In this document: positions 40,864 to 53,747 of the stretch, piece by piece
Layout of the letters: each line of letters opens with the position of its first letter
Numbering within the stretch: the stretch's first letter is position 1
Assembly: GCA_951406725.2 (NCBI GenBank)
Contig: OX597824.1
Coordinates: forward strand, 37,820,001-37,884,000
Origin: Octopus vulgaris
Lineage: Eukaryota
Length of the DNA stretch: 64,000 bases
Direction: 5' to 3'
Program-made: the position numbers and the translations under genes
The notes under the pieces: model-generated
The model's database searches: none
What the model saw: only the letters and a program-made list of their open reading frames with translations
What the model was told of the DNA's origin: nothing

Positions 40864-41065
40864 TGCCGCTGTCTAATATTGCTAGCGAATTTATGTCGTA
40901 AAATCCCACTCCAGCATGATGGAATAGTAATATGTCGTCCCCATTCGTTAGTGCGACTCAGCTATGCCGCTGTCTAATATTGCTAGCGAATTTATGTCGT
41001 AAAATCCCGCTCCAGCATGATGGAATAGTAATCTGTCGTCCTCATTCGTTAGTGAGACTCAGCTA
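40864..41065. repeat. Tandem duplication, 2 x 101 bp
   Basis: Units start at 40864 and 40965 and differ by only a few substitutions. Confidence 0.93.
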
Positions 41066-41399
41066 ATGATTTTAACGGGAAGGAAGTAAATTGTGAGAAA
41101 AATTACTGAAGCAACAGAGTGCAACCTAAATATAAAAGAAATAATTGAGCGGTGTTAAAAACATAGGGGCTGGATTGAGACGGATACGAAACAATGGATA
41201 TTACGCCTGAATAACAAGAGTAGGCGCGACGTCGTGAGCCGAAAAATTCGACAGGCTAAAGTGAAAGAATGGTCGATAAAAGTAGTGCGGTCAAGAAGCC
41301 AACGGGTCCAGGAAGATTCGTTAGGAATTGTCACCAATGGTGACAACAAGATAATATTTCTGATAGTTTGTTTAGAGTTTTATCACTGGTTGTTTCACT

Positions 41400-41900
41400 A
41401 TCTGTTACTTTTCTGTAAAATATCATTACCTATAATTTTGGAATCAGTTGGAATATGTTATTCGGATACGTTGCAATCGCGATGCTTGTTTTCAAGCGAA
41501 TTGAGATAAGGAAGTGAAAATGTTTGTTCTTCAAATAAATAGGCTTATAATATCACTTTTTATTGCATTAGCAGTGAATCGGTATAATTTCTTTGAATAC
41601 CTTTTCTGTGATGTTATAGATACTCTATATATCATCGCTTTGAAGAAGCAAGGGCCCCCAACTGAACAGATTAAGGTATTTCTGTGGTTGCAAATTAGTT
41701 GTTGCCTAATTGTATCTTTTCTACTGTGATATGTAATCTGGGAAGTAATGTTTCTTCATTTTGAATTAGTTATCTTTAACGCTATTTGTATTCAATGATT
41801 TGTTGTATTTGTGCATAAATGGAAAATGTTTCCTTACCAGAGATAGAAATTTCCTGGCTATATTAAGGATTAAACCGAGTTGCCTCCCTTTTCTTGGTCC
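41400..41900 (-). mobile_element. Decayed Penelope-like linker/GIY-YIG remnant
   Basis: NIARKFLSLVRKHFPFMHKYNKSLNTNSVK and CNHRNTLICSVGGPCFFKAMIYRV. Confidence 0.75.
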
Positions 41901-42418
41901 TGTCCTAACGAGAAGGTGTTTCAGGGACACTAGCTTCCCATTAAAACTGCTTGTAGGAATAGGACAAATCATGTGAATGAATGAATGATTGAATGACTAA
42001 ATGAATGCATAAAAGAAGATATTTTAGACGCCCTGGGGTGATTAAAATTTCTATATATGGATACGGTTTCCTCCTTTGACTTTTTGTTTATTCTAATATA
42101 CACAAATTCTACACCATTTATTAAGAATATGGTAAAGTATACATATCTCTACGCGCGTGTGTGTGTGGAACGTTTTTGATGTATCTATGTTTATACATAC
42201 GTTTGTATTTACATACATAAAAACAAAATGATATTTGTATTTATAGATAAATGTATGCGTATGTATGTATGTATGTATGTATGTATGTATGTATGTGTGC
42301 ATGTATGTATGTATGTGTATATGTGTGTGTTTATATACTATATATATATATTATACACACACGTACATTCATGCACATACACACACACGCACGCATACAC
42401 ACACACACACACACACAC

Positions 42419-42509
<91 letters not shown>

Positions 42510-43873
42510 TGTGTGTCTACTCCAAGCTGCAAATTACATTTTTGCACCTAGCCAACTGAAATCTTGCATAAGGCACATCTTTTGAAGGAAAAGATAAAAA
42601 GCTATGTGCTCTTTAAAAAGAAACATTAATATATTTAAGCTTTTATAGTTATCAGACAAACTGTTTTGTATTCATTTTTATTACCATTATATTTGAACTT
42701 GTGTGTGTGTATATATGTGTGTGTATGTGTGTGCGTGTGTGTGTGTGTGTGTATGTGTATGTGTGTTTACTTGTGTGTAAAAATAGAAAAGCAAACACGA
42801 ATTCCAAATAATCATTTTAAGAAGACAAAAGGAAATGAATACTATTTTCTTACGAGTTATTTATTTATTTATTTTTTTCATTTTTCAAGCCCCAGGACAA
42901 AGAAAGTCGGTTACTTGATTTCCATGTAGTATAAGTGATCAAGATCTCGAAACCCAAGCCTGAAGAGGACACGGTTCCGTTGCAGATTAGTTTAAGGCCA
43001 GCAATTTTGAGTGAAGGGTGCAAACCAATTGCATCGAATCTAGTACTTGACTGGTACTTTATTTTATCGACCCCTGAAGGGTGGAAATGCAACGTTTACC
43101 TCAGTGGGATTTCAATTCAGAGCGTACAGAGCTGGAAGAGATGCCGCTAGGCATTTCGTTCGACGTGCTAACGGATCTGCCAGTTCGCCATCTTAATGGA
43201 TTCTTTGCCTCTTCAAAATTTATATTTTTAATGGTAAGAATGCTATTGAATATGATATCAAATTATCGATTAAGCAAATTAAAAACATTCTGAATCCAGA
43301 TCCTGCTTTTCTGTTTTAGTCATTAGAAAGTAAGACAAAATGTTTCGGTGTTTTTATTCCGGTTCTCTTGGTTATGAACACAAATCTTACCAAAATCAAC
43401 TTCGCTGTTTATCTTTTCAGATTTCTATTAAATTTAAGGCGGTGGAGGTGGACAAATGGAACCATTGGTAGAGTGTCGAACGGGGATGCATTGCGGTAGT
43501 TATTCCAGTTTTTTTTGCTTTTTTTTGCTTTTTCTCCATTGAGATCATTGAGATTTCGGGTGACAGAATTAATCTATCACCCAGTTTAAGGCTGTATCTG
43601 GCTCTCGGGTGCCTTTGGCGGAGTTCATTCTGATGCAAGCGTTCGAGATGGGTTTCATGTTCAAGATTAACATACTCTCTTCAGATTTCATGCGCGCGCG
43701 TGCATGCATGTGTGTGCGTGTCTGTGTGTGTGTGTGTGTATGTGTGTGTGTACGTGCGCACACACACACACACATATATCATTTGTGTTATGACTACAGC
43801 AGGTTACGAAAATTGCAGGATAAGGTCTGTTATATCAATTATGGAAACTCGGATAAATTTACAAAATTGAAAA

Positions 43874-43936
43874 ACTACACTTTCTTCTTTGCCAAAAGGC
43901 CGCTTTTCGGCGCTTTAGCTCAGATCAAAGTGTAGT
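43874..43936. pseudogene. Palindromic U2 snRNA 5'-end pseudogene
   Basis: Plus 43901-43936 matches U2 nt 3-38 (about 31/36, including AGATCAAAGTGTAGT); minus 43874-43902 matches U2 nt 10-38. Compared with the recalled U2 consensus. Confidence 0.85.
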
Positions 43937-44233
43937 TAACAATTGGGGGGAAAAAAAACTATAATTACGATGCAAATTGAATTTGAATCAAAAATGCTAA
44001 AGTTCAGGATTTTTAAATTCATTTACATTAAAAGTTTTTATTGTGAGAAAAATATTTGTTTAAATAAAGACAGAAATAGAATAAACACAAACTTCGATTG
44101 TAAAGATAAGGGAATAATATTCTAAAGGTCAATTAAAAAAAGGAAACTAGAGTTTTGGGAACAAAATTTATGAATCATCACAACTACATAAAGAATTTTT
44201 TTAGCATATATATGTGTAGTTGCGTATGTAGTG

Positions 44234-44268
<35 letters not shown>

Positions 44269-44277
44269 GTTTGTGTA

Positions 44278-44386
<109 letters not shown>

Positions 44387-44788
44387 ATAGGAGGCAGAGC
44401 GGCAAATATCCATATAAGTCTGCCAGACACAGTTTAAAATAATTTGTACGTCAGAGGCTCTTCTCAGATTTGGTCCAGAAAGTTCTAATAAATATCATAC
44501 TGGTTGCTGTCAGAATTTTGCGTTCATTTTCTTTGCTGGCTTCAAAGCCGTGAAAATTTGTGCCTTAAGGTTGACTTACACTCCATGGAGATGTATTCAA
44601 ACTGAATACCTCGAAGCTTTTTACTACAATCTGGTGACAACCTAATCTTTTGTTTCAAAATACCAACATTAAATTAGTTTTTTTTTAAAAAGTGAGTATC
44701 TTTTCAACCAAACAAACTTTCCATTCATTCACTTAAATACCTTTATGTTACTTTTCTGGCTTGTAATTTCAATACACACACACACACA

Positions 44789-44853
<65 letters not shown>

Positions 44854-45683
44854 TACATCTTTTCATTTCACCCCGTCATCCGTTAATTTCATCTTGCTGG
44901 CGTTGTTAATATCAATCGATTTAGTAGTTATAAAAAAATTTTTGTTCAAATTTTTACATCATTAACTTCCGTTTTTTATTCCATTTCGTCAACCCTGAAT
45001 TTCGTCTTAGTTACCGAGAACAACAGCTTTACTTGTTTTGTCATGAATCTGAAGAAGCAAAGTAAAAAAACAAAAATTACACATTGAATCTTAGAACACA
45101 CTTCTTTTCATTTCATTAAGCGCAGTTACATTCCATAATGCTTAATTTGAATCATCACAGAATCGTATTTCTTCAAACATCAACAGCCTTCAGCATTGAA
45201 GGTGTTCTCTTATTTGTTCTGTTTGACTATTGTTAAAGGCAACTATTTAAAGAAGACACAAAGAAAAATACTGATGCGATCTGTTATTTCCTCGACTCTC
45301 TTAGAAAATTCAGTCATAAAAATTATTTTCATATCAAATAATGTGATGTCACAAAAAAAATTTTTTTTTAAATAAAAATACTATTTTCTTTATCGATTTT
45401 TCTTTTATTACATCTACAACCTGCGAGATAATTTTTTCCCTTTCGTCATCCATCTGCCATTCCAAAACACTCCCTGTCAGTCATCCTGAAAAGATGGTAG
45501 GGAACAACCAATTTCGACTTTAATGAAACACACCCTGTCAATAATACACACACACACACACACACACACGCACGTTCAGATTTGCAAAGATATCGAGATA
45601 AAATACAGAAGAGATTTTCTTTAAGAAAGAAATGTATAAAAATAAAGATAATAGCTTTTATCACAAACAAGCATGTATATTTG

Positions 45684-45737
<54 letters not shown>

Positions 45738-46562
45738 CGTATGACAATGCGTTAACAAGTATTCCCGCTCTCTGGGTTATATGTAAAAATACATGCAAGG
45801 TTCAAACATGTATACGCAGATAAGTGCAAAAGAAACGCATACATTTTGTCATTATACCCATTAAAAATATATGCAAATATATGAATATATATATGTATAT
45901 GTATATGTATATATATACAAAAAAATTCAAAATGTCTTGCATATGTCTTCATAGTGCTCATTTCAATAAACGGTTTCCCAGAATAACAGAAATATCATTT
46001 GCGAGATAAAGAAGCTTCTATTAAGAGACGGTAACAAATATTATGTTGGGCTGTCATTTTCTCACACTTGATGGATAGTGTTGCAATATCAGTGTTGTGT
46101 TATAACTATCAAACAGTAATTTTTCATGTTTGAAGAGAAGAAAAATAAAGTGACATGCATTTCGTTTCTTCATTTCTGCGTAATTCTTGTTTTCCAGGCA
46201 CCTAATAGTATTCTCTACTTCAAATGATGAAAACTTTAAAATACAAAGAAGCCTATAAAATTCTTAACGAATCTACGTTAACGTAGAAGAATAAAAGACA
46301 CTTATGCTAAAAGGTTAACAGAACTTCTCAAACGGATGAAAATGATGCGGTTGATAGCCAACAAGATCAATGTCTATAGGTAAATTGTCTGGGTGAGGGA
46401 GTGGGGGTGGGAAGGTCTGATACGAATAGTTCAAACTGAGGGAATTCCGTTAAACGCCAATTGGTGGAGTGCCATGTTAAGCCTATAACCGACAAAAAAA
46501 AATTAAAGAATAAAACAAAAAACACCTTATCGTTTCTGACTTTGATTTTTAATAATCAAGGA

Positions 46563-46955
46563 TAGGCGTATGAGTGGCTGCGTGGTAAGTAGCTTGCTTA
46601 CGAGCCACATGGTTCCGGGTTAAGTCCCACTGCGTGGCACCTTGGGCAAAGTGTCTTCTACTATAGCCTCGGGCCGACCAAAGCCTTGTGAATGGATTTG
46701 GTACACGGAAACCTAAAGAAGCCTGTCGGATATATATATATATGTATGTGTGTGTATATGTTTGTGTGTCTGTGTTTGTCCCCCCAACATTGCTTGACAA
46801 CCGATGCTGGCATGTTTACGTCACCATAACTTAGCGGTTCGGCAAAAGAGACCGATAGAATAAGTACTAGGCTTCCAAGGAATAAGTCCTGGGGTCGATT
46901 TGCTTGAACAAAGGCGGTACTCCAGCATGGCCACAGTCACATGACTGAAACAAAA
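46563..46955 (+). mobile_element. SINE family A, best-preserved copy
   Basis: A-box-like TGGCTGCGTGGT, B-box-like GGGTTAAGTCCC, CORE-like CACCTTGGGCAAAGTGTC, internal microsatellite. Confidence 0.9.
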
Positions 46956-47288
46956 AAAGTTTAAAAAGAGTTAAGAGATAGGCTAACATCTTAATTAAGA
47001 CATATGAAACTAAGATAAAACATATCGGTCTCGATTTTTGGCACGAGGCCAGCAATCGTAAGAAAGCTGGTAAGACAATCACATCGACTTCAGTGCTGAA
47101 CTGGTAATTTTATCGACCCAGAAAGGATGAAAGGCAAAGTCGACCATGGTGGAATTTGAACTGAGGACATAAAGATGGACGAAATATCGCTAAGTATTTT
47201 GTCCGGCGTGGTAACGATTCTGTCAGCAGCTCAATGAAAAAACTCAAATGAAATATTTTACATGATTGTAGTTACGAACATACTATAT

Positions 47289-47874
47289 CTATTTCTTTAC
47301 TACCCACAAGGAGCTAAACACAAAGAGGACAAACAAGGACAGACAAACGGATGAAGTCGATTATATCGACCCCAGTGCGTAACTGGTACTTATTTAATCG
47401 ACCACGAAAGGATGAAAGCGGAATTTGAACTCAGAACATAGCGGCAGGCGAAATACCTATTTCTTTACTACTCACAAGGGGCTAAACACAGAGGGGACAA
47501 ACAAGGACAGACAAACGGATTAAGTCGATTACATCGATCCCAGTGCGTAACTGGTACTTAATTTATCGACCTCGAAAGGATGAGAGGCAAAGTTGACCTC
47601 GGCGGAATTTGAACTCAGAACGTAACGGCAGACGAAATACCTATTTCTTTACTACCCACAAGGGGCTAAACACAGAGGAGACAAACAAGGACAGACGCAC
47701 GGATTAAATCGATTACATCGACCCCAGTGCGTAACTGGTACTTATTTAATCGACCCCGAAAGGATGAAAGGCAAAGTCGACCTCAGCAGAATTTGAACTC
47801 AGAACGTAGCGGCAGACGAAATACCGCTAGGCATTTCGCCCGGCGTGCTAACGTTTCTGCCAGCTCGCCGCCTT
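47289..47874 (-). mobile_element. Head-to-tail trimer of SINE family B within one TSD
   Basis: Units 47641-47874, 47457-47640 and 47289-47456; flanking direct repeat TTGTAGTTACGAACATACTATATC at 47266-47289 and 47873-47896. Confidence 0.93.
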
Positions 47875-48424
47875 GTAGTTACGAACATACTATATCATGG
47901 GATTGCTATTGTTGTAATCATGGTCATGCTTTTTTTACAGGCCTGCTATGACTGTAGTTGTAGCCTCATGATATCAATAGAACTGCTATGACTGCAATCA
48001 TGATGGTATCACAACTCGAATAGGACAAATAGGTTTTCTTGAAAAGAATTACTCAGAAATAGTCAAATAGTTTTAAATATGCTAATTTCTAAAAATTTAA
48101 TTACTTATTCAATTCATATGATTTCAAAAAATTAAGACCCAAAACTAGTAAAATGCTCAACTTGTTAAAACTGAAACTTAATTCTATATTTTAGTAAAAG
48201 ACTTCAAAGCAGCAACAGCAGCCGTTCATGAATTTGGACCTGGAGGTCTCCATTTCTAGCGATTTCGAGGGCTACCTCCCAGTGGTGTCGGGCGTCAACG
48301 AAGAGCCCTCGACGACAACAAGACGACCAAAGTTTTTTTTCCAAGGTCTGGGGTCTCCCGCCCCTAAGCCCTAGACCATCACCTAATCACCCTTACCCGT
48401 CTTGTTGCTTAACAACAACAACAA

Positions 48425-48463
<39 letters not shown>

Positions 48464-48529
48464 TAGTAGTAGTAGTTTTATATAATATACATCTATATAT
48501 GGACGTGTATGTGCATGTATGTATATTGG

Positions 48530-48737
48530 TTTCGAATTTTGGCACGAGGTCAGTAATTTCAAGAGAGGAGGAAGTCGACTACATCGACGCCAGTGTTGGA
48601 GTGGTACTTACTTTATCGACCCCGAAAGGTTGAAAGGCAAAGTCAACCTCGGCGGAATTTGAACTCAACGTAAAGTCGTACGAAATGCCCGCTAAACATT
48701 TTGCCCGACGTACTAACGATCCTGCTAGCTCGCCGTT
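48530..48737 (-). mobile_element. SINE family B copy (alternative tail)
   Basis: Core match; tail type shared with copies at 14810, 39000 and 47030. Confidence 0.85.
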
Positions 48738-49257
48738 TTATATTTATGTATATTAAAGACACACAAACGTAGTTTAAAATAAAGCTGTATTGAATACTTG
48801 TTTCTCTACTGTTTTCGTATAATAATGACAATTCCTTGGTGGGTTATGAGCGATTGATTAGGTGTCTGCAGCTGATGAAACGTAGAAATACTTGCCTTAG
48901 AGTCCGACGACTCGTTGGTGGCTCGGCGGCTCAATGACTCAGTTTACAATGTGTACAAACAATGTCTTTATGGAGAATTTCTCTTCAGAGTCCTTTTATG
49001 CTATCAAGGCCTTTACACGTTTCAGTGTAAAGAATCGTGCTAATTATTTTAATCACCACTTCTAAGTTCGCCATTAATGTGTGAGCGTATGTGTGTTTGT
49101 GTGTGCGGTATGAGAGAATGCGCACGCGAGTGTTTGTGCTAAATTGAGTTCAAAGATTATTGGAAATATTTGAGCACTGGGGTCGATGTAATCGACTGAC
49201 CTCCTCTTCCGAAAATGCTGGCCTTGTGCAAATATTTGAAACCAAGTATATGCACAA

Positions 49258-49311
<54 letters not shown>

Positions 49312-49316
<5 letters not shown>

Positions 49317-49514
49317 TAATCCAAGCATGAAAACACAAAGAGAAAACACAACAACGCGAGGACGTGGAACAAATATAGTATTACTGGACGCTCAGGAAGG
49401 AAGGGAAGGAGGAGGGTTTTACGTTTCGAGCGGAGCTCTTCCTCGGAAACATAGGAAAAGGAAAGATCCAGAGAAGGGAAGACGGAGGAAAAAATTGCCA
49501 ACGGTACACACGCA

Positions 49515-49518
<4 letters not shown>
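49312..49518 (-). mobile_element. Solitary Penelope pLTR-like insert in (TA)n
   Basis: ~200-bp unique segment between TA arrays, carrying a hammerhead motif. Confidence 0.75.
49416..49450 (-). ncRNA. Minimal type I hammerhead ribozyme, U4C core variant
   Basis: GTTT-CCGAGGA-A-GAGC tcc GCTC-GAAACGTA^-AAAC; palindrome ACGT, GUA site. Confidence 0.78.
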
Positions 49519-49605
<87 letters not shown>

Positions 49606-49606
49606 C

Positions 49607-49676
<70 letters not shown>

Positions 49677-49700
49677 TAGATAGATAGACAGATAGATAGG

Positions 49701-49786
<86 letters not shown>

Positions 49787-51063
49787 TATTGGGTAAGAAA
49801 AAAAGAGGGTACTGCATGCAGTTCCTCGTACTGACAGACAAGCCGCCATTATGCTTAACAAACGAACTCTGTTGTTACTATTTCGCTATCAATTTTGAAT
49901 AATAAAACGTTTGTATTTGTTTGTTTTTAACAATAACATTTTTGTTTGTGTTTTCTTTTTAAACCATATCCTACAACTCAAAATATATCAAATCAATATG
50001 TTTACATTTATTAAATTGTTGCAACTAAAATTAACCCACCGCTATTATTCGATTGGCATATCAACATTATTTACTTTAAGCTGACGAAATAATAAAAAAA
50101 AAAGACTGGCTGTAAAATGTAATGTTTGGGATTAGTTTCACAAACAAAAGAGAATGAGGAATGGCTGTTGAGAAGACGAGGAAGGAATGGTTATTGATTT
50201 AATGTTGCTTAGATGACATGCATCCGACTGGAGATTGATGCGTTGATGTTAGTTTGGCATGATAAAAGACAAAGAAGACCAACAACTAACAGACAGGCGA
50301 ACAAACAAAACAATTTATAACCAAACAACATTGCTACCTGACAAGAAAGAGACAAAGATTTCTGCGAAATTCATGTTATATAACAAAACAGGGAGATCTA
50401 ATCTAATGAATTTTCAAAATTTGGAAGATGTTTAATTTTCGACCACTGTTGTTTAGGAAAAGAGAAAAGCAGATTCTAAAATATTTATCATTGGGAGGTT
50501 AAAAGGTGGTGTAATAGATAGAGGGTAGAAGCAAACGCACTATTTATAAATATACTGCATCGGTATAGATATATTGATAAAGAAGCTTTGCTAATATTCT
50601 TGCTTTCGAGGTTGTCTACAATGTCTCTACCTCCGTCTGGCTAGTTAAAATTAGACATTGAGAAGCGTATGGCGGGGAGGTGGGTGAAAGATCAATTTAG
50701 TGTCTATTGAATGAAAAGCCGTTGTAAGTTCAAATCTTATTGCCTTCCTTATATATATTTTCCAGAGTAATATTTCTTAAAGCGAATTCCGCAGAAGTGG
50801 ACGTTGCCTTCCATTCTTTCGGGGTCGATAAATTAAGTACCAGTTGCGTACTGGGCCGAGCTAATCGACTGACCCTCTCCCTAAAAATTTCGGACCTTGT
50901 GCCTAGAGTAGAAAAATTATTTCTTAACGCGGGTTTCTATTGTTCCCCTTCTAAAGAACGTTAGAATTTTTTAATGATGTGTTTAGAATTAAGATATTCC
51001 AAAGCCGGTTTTGTGCTCATAACTTCTTTCTTTCACAATGTCTGTTATCTTCCATAATGTTGT

Positions 51064-52466
51064 ATGACTTGGTCTGGGAGGTCGCTATCCTTGCTAAGGA
51101 GGGCTGAGTTTGCACGGGTGTTTATAGCATCTGTGATAACCTACCGCCTAACCATTGTGCCTTGCCCCGGGATGTGGCTGACCAAGCTGGAACGGATCCT
51201 TTTCCATTTTCTTATTTCGTTGTATTTTGCTGTATGTATACATGCACACACACATACATATATATATAGATAATATGCATATCTTACATCTGCTGCCAGA
51301 AATCGTTAAAGGGTGGATTAGGAATGCCTTGGATGATGATACACATGTATGCGCTGAGGCTGAGACACATCTGGCTCTACCTGGATGGTGAACGGGTGTG
51401 GTCACCGCATGTCAAGTTCTTCCTGTCACAATTGACGTCCCTGCGGAACGTAGGCGCATGGATCACACGGAGACCGAAAATGAGAAGAGGGGGTGCAGAC
51501 ATGCGCTCGCTCTCTTCTCCTGAGCGAGCAATACTGACAGCGAGGCTACCACTGCGGATTTTTATAGCGGGTTGGTAGAGCACATGTCCGACGACGTCCT
51601 GGGGGAGACTCTAGGCTTCGATGAGGAACAGCTTGTCAACCTGTTCGGAAGACCATTCGGGCCGAGTTATCGGGACAACTTCCAGAAATTCATGGCCTGG
51701 TTGCACTACCGATCGGCCTTGTCAGTTCGAGAGAGGTTGTCAAGGCATGGTGCTGGTACCCCAACCACATGCTCGAGGTGTAGGCGTGTCAAACTGTCAC
51801 GCACACCTTCGTACATTGTGAGGAACTAAGAGGACTGAGAACCTATGTCGAACAACTGGTATCAGATACCGAAAGAGTACGGTTATAGACTGTGTCTATC
51901 AAGATTGTGCCGCCTCCCTCCTTTAACAAGAAAAGGTAGGCGTCATTTTTCTGCATAGTAGTCGTATTGGAAGAGACAGTATGGGTGACGCGGTGAAGAG
52001 GAATTGAGACAGGCAACTTTATCTCTGGACATGGGTTGGTTAGTTTTTTTAACTACCACCTGTCCAGAAAGATCAGCCTGGAGAAAAGGTGCCTGTCTCA
52101 AAGAACGTTTGAGAAAAGATGGACAAATGTCGTAAAGAGGTTGAGAGAGACTGGGACCGCGCTAGTGTAGCCGGTATGAAAGGAAAAGATGGAAAAAAAA
52201 AAACGGAAGAAAAAACAACACAAAAAGGGTAACATAAAAAGTTTAAAAAAAAAGGAAAAAAAACCGGCGGGTCGAACACGAACCCGAAAAATATATCATC
52301 GTGTAATTTTAAAATTCATTTCGACTTCATTGTACTGTGTAAATTCATCCGATTTCATTATATTCGATTTTTTAACTAATGTATAACCCCAGCCCCTAAA
52401 TGTTTTTGTTTTGTCCTTGTACTACCCCCTCTGTGTCATGGCCTGTGTGCCGAATAAAAGAAATTA
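51064..52466 (+). mobile_element. Decayed Tx1-like LINE 3' portion with 3' UTR
   Basis: WSGRSLSLLRRAEFARVFIASVITYRL, GGLGMPW, DNFQKFMAW..ALSVRERL..TCSRC (zf-RVT-like); ends AATAAAAGAAATTAG. Confidence 0.88.
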
Positions 52467-52944
52467 GTTAGTGAGAGCGACCATCAGTTAGTGAACAGAG
52501 ACTAACTAGAGTCATGGCCACAAGCAGGCATCCACAAAAGACAAACTGCCAGAGGGAGTAAGAAGGTTACAATCAGCAAACTATGAGACAACGTCCCACG
52601 ACTATAATTTTCACTAGCTCAATTTCTTTTCTCTTACAACATCATTCTATCACTATCTATGGTTTACTACTACAATAAGAACGTGTACACACATACAGGC
52701 CGAAATTAGCTCTTTTTACTTCGCATGCTTTTCCATTTTCTAATTAATTGTACCAACCCGTTGTGGTTTTGGATATATAAAAAGTAATGGTAAATAAATA
52801 TTTCTTTACAACTTCGATCACTGTTCTTCCATCTTGCACATTTGCAACAGCAACACTCGTTACAATCGCTAATTGCCAATATATATCATAATACTAACCG
52901 TTACACTGGCGACCACTGATTCCGCCTTAACAATAACCGTTACA

Positions 52945-53316
52945 GGTACAAGGCCAGCAAGTTCGGAGAAAGGGATTAAGTTGATTACATCGACCCCAAT
53001 GCGTAACTGGTACTTAATTTATCGACCCCGAAAGGATGAAAGGCAAAGTCGACCTCGGGGGAAATGAACTCAGAACGAAACATCTGTTTCTTTATTGCCC
53101 ACAAGAGTCTAAACATAGAGGGGACAAACAAAGACAGACAAACGGATTAAGTCGATTACATCGACCCCAATGCGTAACTGGTACTTATTTAATCGACCCC
53201 GAAAGGATGAAAAGCAAAGTCGACCTCGGCGGAATTTGAACTCAGAGCGTAACGCAGACGAAATACCGCTAAGCATTTCGCCCGGTGTGCTAACGTTTCT
53301 GCCAGCTCGCCGCCTT
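52945..53316 (-). mobile_element. SINE family B dimer
   Basis: Full unit at about 53083-53316 followed by a headless unit at about 52945-53082. Confidence 0.88.
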
Positions 53317-53556
53317 TGGTAGCTTCAACATTAAAGAGGGTTAGAAGTTTGTGAAGATATATTTGCCTATTGCAAGTATGCAACTTCAAGAAATTGGTTG
53401 TGACTTCTCATGAACGTTAATAAATGAGTTTGTTTATAAGATTGTCTATAGCTGGGCGGAAATAAAAACGATAAAGATTTATGTCGATGTACCGTGAGAA
53501 GAAACAGAAACACTCTTGGTATTCCTCTTGGAAGTGGTGGTGGTGGTGGTGGTGGT

Positions 53557-53747
<191 letters not shown>

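Noticed and set aside
41153-41348. TGTT..AACA-bounded segment resembling a solo LTR
   Set aside because: Flanks GCGG and AGAT do not form a TSD.
43540-43585. TGAGATCATTG, matching the start of bantam miRNA
   Set aside because: Only 11 nt match and there is no complementary 5' arm; the nearby hairpin does not include it.
48872-48890. CTGATGAAACGTA hammerhead-like words
   Set aside because: No helix II and no helix I pairing.
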